Positions 24,321-36,400 of a stretch of 64,000 bases of DNA are shown here, piece after piece. Source of the DNA: Macrostomum lignano (lineage: Eukaryota); NCBI GenBank assembly GCA_002269645.1, contig NIVC01002012.1, positions 62,001 to 126,000 of the forward strand, in the 5' to 3' direction. Within the stretch, counting starts at the first letter, position 1; every line of letters starts with the position of its first letter. The notes below the pieces were generated by a model. That model was not told where the DNA came from and did not search any database. It saw only the letters and a program-made list of their open reading frames with translations. The position numbers were made by a program, and so were the translations under genes.

Positions 24321-25594
24321 CTAAAAAACAAACTAACTTTAAAAGTGCATAGTACCATTTAGTATTAACTCTAAGGTTCAAAATTTTATATAAAGTTAAA
24401 GCCATACAAATAAATCAAAGATTGTTTGTTTAAAATTGGAAAAAAAGTTAGTAAGTTAAGCAGTGCTATAGGCCTAGTTGAAGATTTTAGTGAAAAATAT
24501 TACTTTTAACTATTTTTAGCTGTGTGCACTTCTAGTTTTAGGTAAAAACAGTTGAATTTAAGAAATTTTATTTTAAGATGGCTCAAAATTTCAGCTAAAA
24601 TTTTAAAATGCTAAAATTTTAAAATTTTAAAATTTTAAAATTTTGGTACCCAAAATTTTGGGCATTTTCATTGCAAATTTTTGGGTTATAATTTTGATTT
24701 CAAGAATTATACTTTTGGGTATATTGATACCTGAAATTTCAAGCTCATTCTTATATCTAAAGCTAAGTGGATCAATCAATCAAATGGCCAAGTTTAATGT
24801 GTATCTCTTCTTAGACGGCTGCCAACTCAAATGTAAAACTTATATGTATGAATACAGAATTTTCATAACCTTCTTTGGCCAGCCTGCTTCTCCAGTAGAA
24901 AGGTTGTAGCCTATTTGTAATAGCCACCCCAACCTCTACCCACGGGTTGCTGTATATTAGAAGGGTAGGTGCATTCAATGCAAATAAAACCCTTGCATGT
25001 TAGGTGTTCAATTAAATTTAATGATTCCCCTAGAATGGAGGGTTGGGCTTGTGCTTAGTGTATATAGCAATTGTAACAGTGTAAGCAGATAGCTAGGACT
25101 ATGCCAAGATTCAATTGGTTTTATTATTGGCACCTTTCCCTATGTATTAGCTAAGCAGTGAAAGCATCACCCTAACTCTAGAGTCTAGACTAGGCACTGC
25201 TAGGGCATGGACAGCATACCAGACATAACATAGTCATAATTAGCAAATTGATCTATATAAATCAATAATAAGCCTATAAACTTAATATAGAAAACAAGAG
25301 GCAAATCTAAATCTGCCCCCATTTAACTTCTCCCCATTCTCTGTATGTTTGTCACTTTAGCCACCCTTCCTTTCTCTTCCAGTCCCTCAATGTTTGCCAC
25401 TTTAAACCGTCTTTCTCTCTCTCTCCTCAAAATGGAGTTTTATGGGTTTGTTCACCACCTAAACTTGTGGGCTCCACTGATCACCTCCTTTCATTAGGCC
25501 TATTTGACCCCAAACCCCCAAGTTGGCAACCCCCAAACACCAACACCAAAAGCCTAGTCTTTTGCACAGCTTTATATTGACAAATGAAATTGAA

Positions 25595-25728
25595 AAGCTT
25601 GCTAGGCACATTCTTGTTGTGCCTGCCTCCAGTGTATTGTCTTCAGTGCTGAGGGACTCATTGTGACTGAGAAGAAGAATAGGCTTTCAGCTGAAACTTC
25701 ACAATAGCTTTTGTTTATCAAAGCTAGA
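25595..25728 (+). pseudogene. hAT transposase C-terminal dimerization domain remnant
   Basis: KLARHILVVPASSV-(deletion)-VFSAEGLIVTEKKNRLSAETSQ*LLF fits the hAT dimerization consensus LAxxxLxxPASSxxxERxFSxxGxxxxxxRNRL. Confidence 0.7.
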
Positions 25729-26538
25729 TTGCTTTGCCTTTGTTGGCTTTAAAATTTTGGGTCATTTTCAGGTTTCGGGTATATATCAAATTTCAAGTTT
25801 TGGGACATTGGGTGGTAGCAAAAATCACTTTCGGCCATCTCTAATTTTATTAAAGTAAACCTAAGACTTTCTATATTAGTGAGTTTAGTGTAGGTGTAAA
25901 ATTTGTTGTCATTTGGTCATTTTGTCAATTTTGTATTTTAAAACTGTATACAAATATAATTAATAAAAATTGACAAATAATATTTGTTAAATAACTTTTT
26001 CAGATGGCACAAAACAATTATAGCAATAGATCAGAAGTGGATAAGTTGATAGCTGACCCAAATAGGTTTTATTGAAAGCTTCGTAAGATCTTGATTGTTG
26101 TTGATTTTAACAACATTTAATTAAATTTATTGTCTTAATTTTTTGACTTGTAAAACTTTTTTAGACTGAACAAGGTGTTAATAGCACTGGAGATTTTCTA
26201 CAAAACCAGCCTGAGTATGGGGTAATTCTTATTTTAATATATTTTCATTGTGTATTCTGCTTTACTTGATAATAAATAATGAAGCTAAATGCAACAGTTG
26301 CAGATCAATTATAAATTTACATATTGTTTATTTGTATTGCTAATATTCTTGAAAGTAAAAAAAAAATCTCTTTAAAAATGTACTCATTTTATACTCATTT
26401 TTATTCTAAAATTAGTTTGACAAGATGAATTTTTTTCGAATTTAAGTCCTTAATAATTTTTATATCAACATCAGTTTTAAATTAGTCAGACAATTGCAGT
26501 CTTACTAATAGCTCTTTATTTCATTATCCACTTTATAG

Positions 26539-29500
26539 GCCGAACAGCAGCAGCAACCATGGCCAAAGGTGAAAATCACAGTCAGTAACCAACCTGTATC
26601 ATCCTATCGCCATCGATCTGAAGGCGAGATTAATAACTTTATTAGTCAAGGCAGCACCAAGGCAGTTGGAAGTTTGCTGAAAGGTCGGAACGACAATGGT
26701 CAAGGTGATTTTATTAAGATTGAATTGGAATTGACTGATGGATATCAGCGCGAATTCGATGTTGATGGAGAGCTGATTGTGCTGCTGGTTGATACCAATG
26801 GCACTATCTTTGGCGAGCCGCCATTAAAAGTGCATCCTTGGAATTTGAAGGGCGACTACTGCTGCCCAACAGCAGGTGTCTATCGACAGAAAATCAAGCT
26901 GCCAAAAAGTGAAACTAGCATCCCTGTTTTGTAAGTCACGATATGGCCTTGTCTGTGCGTTCATCTTAATGTCTGTCTGTCCGTCTGCTTGCCTGCCTGT
27001 CTTTGTCTGTCCGTCTGCTTGCCTGCCTGTCTTTGTCTGTCCGTCTGCTTGCCTACCTGTCTTTGTCTGTCCGTCTGCTTGCCTACCTGTCTTTGTCTGT
27101 CCGTCTGCTTGCCTGCCTGTCTTTGTCTGTCCGTCTGCTTGCCTGCCTGTCTTTGTCTGTCCGTCTGCTTGCTTACCTGTCTTTGTCTGTCCGTCTGCTT
27201 GCTTACCTGTCTTTGTCTGTCCGTCTGCTTGCTTACCTGTCTTTGTCTGTCCGTCTGCTTGCTTACCTGTCTTTGTCTGTCCGTCTGCTTGCTTACCTGT
27301 CTTTGTCTGTCCGTCTGCTTGCCTGCCTGTCTTTGTCTGTCCGTCTGCTTGCTTGCCTGTCTTTGTCTGCCCGTCTGCTTGCTTACCTGTCTTTGTCTGT
27401 CCGTCTGCTTGCCTACCTGTCTTTGTCTGTCCGTCTGCTTGCTTACTTGTCTTTGTCTGTCCGTCTGCTTGCCTTACCTGTCTGTTTTGTTGTCCATCTG
27501 CTTGTGTCTGTCTGTCTATTTGAGTGTCTGTCTCTAATCTATCTGTACATTTTGTCAAAATCCTTTGTCTATTTCTTCGTCTCATCAACTGTTTAACGGT
27601 CATTCCATTTGTAAAATGTAAAATTTATTAACAGTATACATTTATAACATTATAACGCATGGTTTTAACATTTCAGATTCAATAAAATCGGGATTGTAAA
27701 GTGTAAAAACTGTGACGTTCTAAAAAGTGTCGATCAAAAGGCTAAAATGCTTAACGAACTGTTTAATTCATCTGAAGATTCTCAGTGTAACTCACGTAAT
27801 CTGCGCAGAATGTTTCGTAAGTTTTGCTTACTTTTTGTATAAGCTATACCATAGCAATTACTATTACACAGATACTGCAAATGTACTTTTAAATGTACCT
27901 TTCATCCATAGACAACCCGAATGACGAAAGTTCCGGTCCATTGTCCGTTGATCCTCTTAAAGAAGTCCAGCAAAGCGTGCGACTTCTGTTCGCCTTCGTT
28001 CCGGATGATATTCAAATGGTTCTGAACTCCTATGCCATTTCCGAACCAATTTTGTGTGAGTTTTGAACTAACTTTACTTGTCACATGAATTCTCTAGTTA
28101 ACAATTATTCAGATGGTCAGCCATTCTGTAGAGGGGAATTATTCAGATGGTCAGTGATTCTGCATAGGAATTATTCAGATGGTCAGTGATTCCACAGGAG
28201 AATTATTCAGATGGTCAGCCATTCTGTAAAGGGGAATTATTCAAATGATCAGTGATTCTGCAGAGGAGAATTATTCAGATGGTCAGCGATTGTGTAGAGG
28301 GGAATTATTCAGATGGTCAGTGATTCTGCATAGGAATTATTCAGATGGTCAGTGATTCCACAGGAGAATTATTCAGATGGTCAGCCATTCTGTAAAGGGG
28401 AATTATTCAAATGATCAGTGATTCTGCAGAGGAGAATTATTCAGATGGTCAGCGATTGTGTAGAGGGGAATTATTCAGATGGTTAGCGATTGTATAGAGG
28501 GGAATTATTCAGATGGTCAGCGATTGTGTAGAGGGGAATTATTCAGATAGTCAGCGATTCTGTAGAGGGGAATTATTCAGATGATCAGCGATTCTGCAGA
28601 GGAGAATTATTCAGATGGTCAGTGATTCTGTAGAGGGGAATTATTTAGATGGTCAGCGATTCCACAGGAGAATTATTCAGATGGTCAGCGATTGTATAGA
28701 GGGGAATTATTCAGATGGTCACCGGTTCTGTAGGGGAATTATTCAGATGTTCAGCGATTCCACAGGAGAATTATTCAGATGGTCAGCGATTGTATAGAGG
28801 GGAATTATTCAGATGGTCAGCGATTCTGTAAAGGGGAATTATTCAAATGATCAGTGATTCTGCATAGGAATTATTCAGATGGTCAGCGATTCCACAGGAG
28901 AATTATTCAGATAGTCAGCGATTGTATAGAGGGGAATTATTCAGATGGTCACCGGTTCTGTAGGGGAATTATTCAGATGGTCAGCGATTCTGTAGGGAAT
29001 TATTCAGATGGTCAGCGATTCTGTAGGGAATTATTCAGATGGTCAGCGATTCTGTGGGGGCAATTATTCAGATGCTCAGCGATTCTGTAGGGAATTATTC
29101 AGATGGTCAGTGATTGTCACCAAACCAATGGCATGACAAATGATACATTTACAACCCACAGGCCAATCAGGCAGTGACGGTGGCAAATCGTTTGGTGTCA
29201 AAGCATTCAATCCAGTTTGCGTCTATCTTAAGCGCGACTTGCAATATCCGATGACGTCAGACATCTGGGTGCAGCTCGAAGCTGATATTAGTTAGTTAAC
29301 TGATAAAAAAGGCTTATTTCGCTTAAAATTATTGAAAGTACTATATAATTCATATTTATATTCTACTTATTTCAGAAAAGAAATCGGAGACGATATCTGC
29401 TCAACTACTGGTACCATGCACCAGCGCTGCAACAGCTAATCCATTGTCTGTGGAAGTATCTATTCCAGTGGAAGTACAGCGTGTAAGGCCACCAGTAATC

Positions 29501-29821
29501 TAATCCATGATCGCCTCTATATATGTATCTAATCCCATAGGAATCACCCCCATCTTGCGTATGTAGCCTATTTTGACAGATTTCAGTTTAAACTTCCTCG
29601 CATTATTGTAGAATCTTTTGAAGTTGCAACTAACCAAATTGGAAGTCCAAGACACCATAGCGAATCTCCCCGAGGAGCAGTTCATGGCAAAGCTCTGCTT
29701 GACCAAAGAGAGCAATTCTTCTGGAAGATTAACTTCCAGCGTGGATGTACGGTTTATCTACCTGAATCAGCTAAAAACACCTTCTTTGCACAATCGAGCG
29801 AAAAGGCCTAGACAGGATTAG
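26539..29821 (+). CDS. Divergent Rel-homology-domain (NF-kB/Rel-like) protein, at least 373 aa; 5' exon(s) not resolved
   Basis: join(26539..26930,27677..27816,27912..28055,29162..29290,29376..29482,29612..29821) = 1122 nt, all GT-AG and phase-consistent. Motifs appear in RHD order: KITVSNQP, YRHRSEGE, GSLLKG, HPWNLKGDYC, FNKIGIVKCK, SVRLLF, ISEPIL, then an IPT-like region ending VRFIYL and basic RAKRPR. Confidence 0.82.
26971..27475. repeat. 30-bp minisatellite in a Rel-like gene intron
   Basis: GTCTGTCCGTCTGCTTGCCT(G/A)CCTGTCTTT, about 17 units. Confidence 0.95.
28103..29115. repeat. 31-34-bp minisatellite in a Rel-like gene intron
   Basis: AATTATTCAGATGGTCAGCGATTCTGTAGAGGGG, about 30 units. 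Confidence 0.95.
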
Positions 29822-30426
29822 CCTGCCTCTGTTGACCTGTTAGTCTACATGTATCCCCTACGATCACATCTGTATTAATAGCATCATCAAATTAATGTTA
29901 CTATAAATTAAATATATACTAAGAAATTCTTTCTATTCTTTTTTTTTCATATGTACATCAAAATTGGATTCAGCCTGGATATTTTTTCATATCAAACAAT
30001 ATTTTATTTTTTTACAAAACAATCATGCAGAAAGGCCATAAAAAGTAACACCGAGATTACAATACTTTTAACAAAAGATTAAACAGGAAGGCGGTGTAAT
30101 TGCCCTTCTGAATAATGTTAAAAAAGTATTAAGCAAGATGATTTTAATAAACAAGCAAATTATGATGATACAAATGATACAAATTATACCGAAAAAAAAA
30201 CAGAAAGGCGATGTCATTGCCTCTCTGACATTTTCCCGAACCGAAACTTGGCCGAACAGCTGGCCAGCATCAGATGAAGCTGGCGTCCAGATCAGCCACC
30301 GGTCTGTTGCGCCGGTCCCACAAGCTTGGTGGAGCGACAATCGCCGACGAACTGCCGCTGGTCCAAATTGGATCCATTGGCAGTTGAATAATGATTGTCG
30401 ACTGGATATCTTTCCATTCGACTCCA

Positions 30427-33400
30427 TTACTGTTGCCATGGAGACAGATAGTGACAAAAAAGCGTTCGACGTTTGTAAATTCCTGATGGTTGTCGGTGCA
30501 TTTTGTCAGTTTTAGGCGAAGTCGGTGCTAAAATAGATTTAAAGATAAAGACAACTTTATTTTAGTTTATTTGTCTTTTATTTCCTTCACTTAATTTTGG
30601 GTTAGAAATTAAAAAAAATTACCCCATTGAGTTCGAAATTGACCAGAGATACTTTATCCGAGTTGGTTAGCGTGACGCCAGTGAGATTGTCGTGACCTAA
30701 AACGTTAACAAGTTTTTACGAGCATATTCTTTTTAATAACCAATGAGTGAATGACATTGACATACTGCAATCTGCAAAAAAGTTTTGGCAACGGGGCTTG
30801 TCCATGCCCAGCCAGACGCTCTGTCAACTGTAGAAAGGCCCAAAAGTCATGGGGGCCGGGGCTTCAAGTCAGGACTAGGCCGAAGGCAGGCTTGAGCAAA
30901 GATCATATATACCCAAGATGGCCGCTTATGTGGCCATAGAAGCTAATGTCAAAAATTTGCATCTCGCGACAGCGCGAAAATAAACTACTGAACTCAATTT
31001 CGTCAGTAGTCTCTACAGTGAATTCATGTGAATTCATCATTATTATTGAGGTAAGGTAGCACGCTTTAGCAGGCAGAGAAATACAAAAGTTAAAATCAAC
31101 ATAGATTATAATAAATTCTTTCTTCCGACGCGTTTCGGTCCAACAATGACCATCTTCAGGGTCTGGTGTATTTTTAACTCACACAACAACTTTATAAGTG
31201 AACAAATGTTAACTGTACAGTACAAAGGGCATGTCATGGGCAGAATTTTCCAAAAAATGTTAAGCATAGATTGCAAGTACATTGTTCAGACTAGTGCCTT
31301 TACTTAGAATACCTTCTGTGAGTAGCTTATTATTTAATTCATGAGAAGTTTTATTCAATTCTCAAAAAATAGCGTCTATGTCTTTAAGCTACTGAACTCA
31401 AAATGGAAACAACCCGTCGGCTTTTTTCGCACAAGTGACGAAAAACAGCGGTCGCGCTTTTCCTATTGCCGCAATACAAAGTGGCCTATCTAGGGAATAT
31501 AAGATCTATGGGCTTGAGCTAGTCTACGAAGTGGTTAAAGCCAAGCAAGATGTTTTACCAATTTTTTTAACCATTTGATGGGGCTTGGTCACCGACAATC
31601 TGTGTGCTCCAGTACGAATTTTCACAGAGTTGTGATGGCATAAAATAGGTAAAAAACGCACATTTTCAGAACTGAACTGAGGTACGGAATGCCATAAAAA
31701 TCGCACGTGTTCTCAATGCTTGCCGAATTGGTACGAGCGTACTAGCATGTGCTCCGGCTTATGCTTAAAATAGAATTGGCGTCATAAATTGGTTCCATGT
31801 TGGCTAAGGCAGAGGGAAAGGGATTTAGTGCAGGCTATTTTACTATACTCAACAGCTCAAAACGAACACTCACCAGTAATTATAGGCCGACTAAAATGTA
31901 CCAGTACTTCAACGATATCCCCATTTTTAAGTGTAATATCGTATGGTTGAGCATCCGATACAGTTGGAGGCTTCGGCAGGTCTACAATCGGACACAATTC
32001 GATTCATATTGTCAATAGTAACTCAAAACTTCAGGTTAAGAAACACCTTATAGCTACGATTTACTTTAAACACTTACAGACCAGGGCTTCTGATGACAAC
32101 TCAGCCCAATGCCACTTGTCAGTATTGCCATTGCTGTGTAGCTGGTAACGACACAGCAGTTTCAGTTGTAGGGAGTATGGATTTGAACTTGGCTTTGGCT
32201 TGATTGAACTTTGCAGTCCTGTATTTGTGGATAGAAAAATAGTAAAGCATAGTAAAGCATGATTGTTGAGTAGTGAAGACCAATTGTAAGTACAAATACT
32301 TGGTTGGAAAATACGTTAACAATATTATTGATTACAATATGTCTAATAATATACTCGTAGTCGTACAAGCTATATTTACTGCCCTACTAAAAATAAACTT
32401 TATTTATATAGCTGACTCTGATCGACTCAATTTATAGCTAAGGCACTTTATTAATTTTTGTCTCAACTCTGCACTCCCTCCTTCTCACTGCAGCCAAAAT
32501 TAGGGCCATAGAAACAAATTGCATTATGAACAGTTAACAGTAAGTATAAGATAAACCCCCCCCCCCCAGATTTGTTTCTTTGGCGTATCGCATAGAATGG
32601 CTGAGGATCGCCGAGGCCTAGAAGCAATGGATGAAGGAATAGAAAGGATTGCTCGTCTGAAACAGAGTCTATGGTCAAGGCTTCCTAAAAACTGGGATAT
32701 CCCCCCCATGAATTTTACTGGCTGCTCTAATTTAATAATAGTCCCAGTTCTTACTGGCTGAAGCTTGTATGCGGGAGAAATTCCAAAGTCACGATTAACG
32801 CACATACTATGCTGTAGTATATTAAACACAGACAACCTTTTGTTTTAATGCTAATTTCTTTCCCTTAAGCCGTCGTGGCCCAGAGGAAAAAAACAGTTAT
32901 AGATGTCCGTATAAAGAATTCTATTCCTTCGTCCATTCAACAAATAGTTTTGTTTTTGTTCTGTGTAATTCCTTCATCCATGCTAGAAGCCCAGTCCGAA
33001 GCCATTCTTTACGCCATAGACAGCAAATCTGGGGGGGGGGGTTATTATACTTGAATCTAAGTGTGGCTCAGCCAGGCGCTGTTCTGCCTTCTGCACTAGC
33101 TGATTTCACGGCCCGGCCGTGAAATATATCCTTGGCCCCGCCATTAAATAAAAAGCGTTATACATACCATAGACACTGGACTGAGCTACACTGGGGTTTA
33201 ATTAAGACGAGAACCACGGGCGTGGTGTGAGTTGTGTTACATGAGGGTGAGATCTAAGAAAAGATGACCAACTGGTTTTGGGTGTGAAAACTTTAAGTGA
33301 GTGTATGATTGTGCTGTTTTGCTTGTCTTTGCCTTGATATCTTACAGCCAGAGCAGGAATGACAAGCATGGCCCAGTGTAGGCCTGATTATATGAGTAGA

Positions 33401-36400
33401 TGTAGAAACCAGGCAAAGAAAGAGGCAGTGAAACAGAAAATGCAGACTGCTGTCATGCCACTTACAGAAACTTGACATTAAGAAATGAATTGAACAGTAA
33501 ACTGTTTGCCAACACCTGCTTTTGTGCACTGCAATTCTAAAGATGTTAACTGACAAATCGTCGAGTGTAAGGTGGTTGTAGCTTAGTGGTCAGAGCGTCG
33601 GACTCGTGACTTGAAAGTCGGGGGTTCGAATCCCGAACCCACTCGGAACAATTTGTGCCCTTGAGCAAGACACTTAACTCTGCATTGCTTCAGTTCATCC
33701 CCAAGCCGTAAATGGGTTCCAGCATTAGCTGGGGTAACTGAGGGTGTGTGTGGCGACCCCCAGTCCTTGACTGAACAGCCGTACGCAGCCTTCAGATGCG
33801 CCGCGCAATAGCTGCGGCTGAGCTGTCGGTTGCACATCTGCCCATTGGGGCAGGTGTAATCAATTATTATATTTATTATAATGGCCCACGAGCATGCAAA
33901 AGCACCGTCACTCGTCGTGAAATCTTGATTACCAGAGGGTTGACGCCATGTGACAGCGAGAGTCAGTAGGGTGTTTGCTGTTTCTGATAGTCTATTTAAG
34001 TTTTTATGCCAATTGATGTTTAAGATAAGTAGCAATCTGAAAATTAGAAGACAAAGAAGGCAATAAAATCAATGAAGAACAAGTTATACAGACAGATTCA
34101 TTTGAAAGATTTTTTAATGGAATTCTGAAAACTTGTGCCCCAATAGGCAGATGTGCAACCGACAGCTCAGTCGCAGCTATTGTGCGGGCGCATCTGAAGG
34201 CTGCGTACGGCTGTTTAGTCCAAGGATTGGGGGTCGCCACACATACCCTCAATTACCCCAGCTAGCACCCATTTTACAGCTGGGAGAACTGAAGCAATGT
34301 GGAGCTGTGTCTTGCTCAAGGACACAATTATTCAAAGTGGGTCAGGAATCAAAGAGATGTAACCTAGTCACTGGCGAAGAAAGTTAATATTTCTATCATT
34401 TTACTTTAGTATGGATGTATTTTGTTCTTTTTTCAAGGTCTATAGCAATAATTTTTGTTTTGTGAAAATTTTAAGCTTATAAAATATAAGTATTACTGGT
34501 GCTTCAGCTTCAAAAAGCTATATGCTGGTCAGGAAGAATTAAGTGGGTCCTATTATTAATAAAGTTTTAAATGACATATGATACAAAATAAACTTACCAG
34601 GATAGCCAAGCTGGGTTATAAACTCTTGATATTTCAAGTGGCTTGTCTCATCTCGTTCTCCAATAGTTACAAGAAAGATTTCATTAATTTCATTACTAAA
34701 ATATTAAAAAAAAATAATTAAACTTCAATTGAAAAAATCTAACAACATAGTTTAAATAGTCCAAAAATTATCTTACCATTTCATATCAGTTGGAGTATAG
34801 TCAAAGACAATCATGCCAACATGATTGTGGTATAGCTTACTATCAAGATAGCATTCAGAAATTCCAGAATTAGTTTTATCAAACTGATGAATAATTAGAA
34901 AGCATTCAACTTTTTTAACAGTTCCAGTAAATCTAATACAGATATGTATTTTCAGTTTTTCAGATGGGTCTTGTGAATCATAGATATTCTTGGATGTCTT
35001 GATTGTGCCCTAAAATAAAAGTTAAAGCAAATAAATAATAAAACAAGTCTTAGAAATATTTGTCAATGAAAAATAAATGGTTGAAACTAATGGACTTACA
35101 AGAATAGAAGGGCTTTGATTAGCTCTTTGTATTTCTTGGAGCATTTCCATTTTAGCAGACACTAGCTGTTTACCTGAAAAACAAAAAGGGTTATTAATAT
35201 TAGGATAGAAAAATGTATTTACAATAGAAAGTATAACATACATATTAATAGTACCACAATTATTCTTGGACTAAATATTATATGGACTATAATGGCTCAA
35301 GTTACAAGGGTTCTAATTATTTGGGTGAACTGAAAGTTTAGTCTATTGTAAACAAAAGATTGGTTGTCAATTTAGGTTTAGTAGCTCAACTTGTTAGTCT
35401 TTGGCAATTGGGTTGGGACCCTAAATGTTTCAATCAAAAGTAATTCTTAAACAATGAATGAGGTAGCCAGGAGCTAAGAGAGGCAATGGCAAGAATGGTA
35501 AGGAGGCAAGCTTTTTGCTTGGTTTAAGATATAAGGTAGAGATTGAGAAATTGTGCTTCTATCAAAAGTACCATTAATTTGCCTACCAGAATGGCACTTA
35601 GGTCATAAGAATGGTAGAACATAGAAATAATAAAACTACCATGCTACCAGTGCTTGTTGCTAACTTACTAAACCATTACTAAGCCAAGACACTGCTTTAT
35701 ATTATTGAGCAATATCAATAGTTCAGATCATGCTAGGTGCATGCCTAAATGAAAATTGAACAATTACAAATGCACGCCTATGCATCCAAAAGTTTTGAGT
35801 GCACACTAGGGATTTTGACCCCAGGGAATGCTTCCTGGGGCCCTAGGGAGCTTGTTGGAGAATAATCCCTAGGGAATTGGACCAGGGACCCCATCCCCAG
35901 GGAGAAAAATATAAAAAAATTTTGTTTGTAACCTAATTTTTGTCATTTAAATAAGAAAATGATTCATAGAAAGCTGATTGAAACTCTATCTATGCTCTTT
36001 TATTGCAAAATTGCTTATTTCAATGTATTATTTCAAGCATAACACATAAACACAATAGTATCATATATATATTTCCAAGAGTTTCTATAGCACAAAAAGT
36101 TTTTATACCCTTACTTGTAACATTTCTAATGTTAGTACCTATATCAAAAGTGATTGCCTGGCCTACCTAGCATTAATTATAAGTTTTGCATAATCAATTT
36201 TTTATATTGTAACAATTAAACATTTGAACATTATTTTGATGTCTGCCATTGGCATTATCTATGTTCTAATAGTTTTATTAAATAGGTTTTTCTAGTTTGT
36301 TTGTATGAAATTGAGCTAACTGAATAAAACTATATTTATACCCTAAAAAGCTTAATGATTTAGATTAGGGAGTCTAGTGGGATTTTAATTTTTTTTAATT

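Noticed and set aside
26559-26561. ATG as start of the Rel-like gene
   Set aside because: It is out of frame with the RHD exon and hits a stop after 9 codons; the exon instead begins at the acceptor at 26538/26539.
26824-27603. Overlapping 180-260-aa repetitive ORFs
   Set aside because: They are products of the 30-bp intronic array inside the Rel-like gene.
33571-33645. tRNA gene (also 49861..49930)
   Set aside because: The stems are weak and the sequence continues into a shared ~200-bp body and tail present in three copies, so it is a SINE head.
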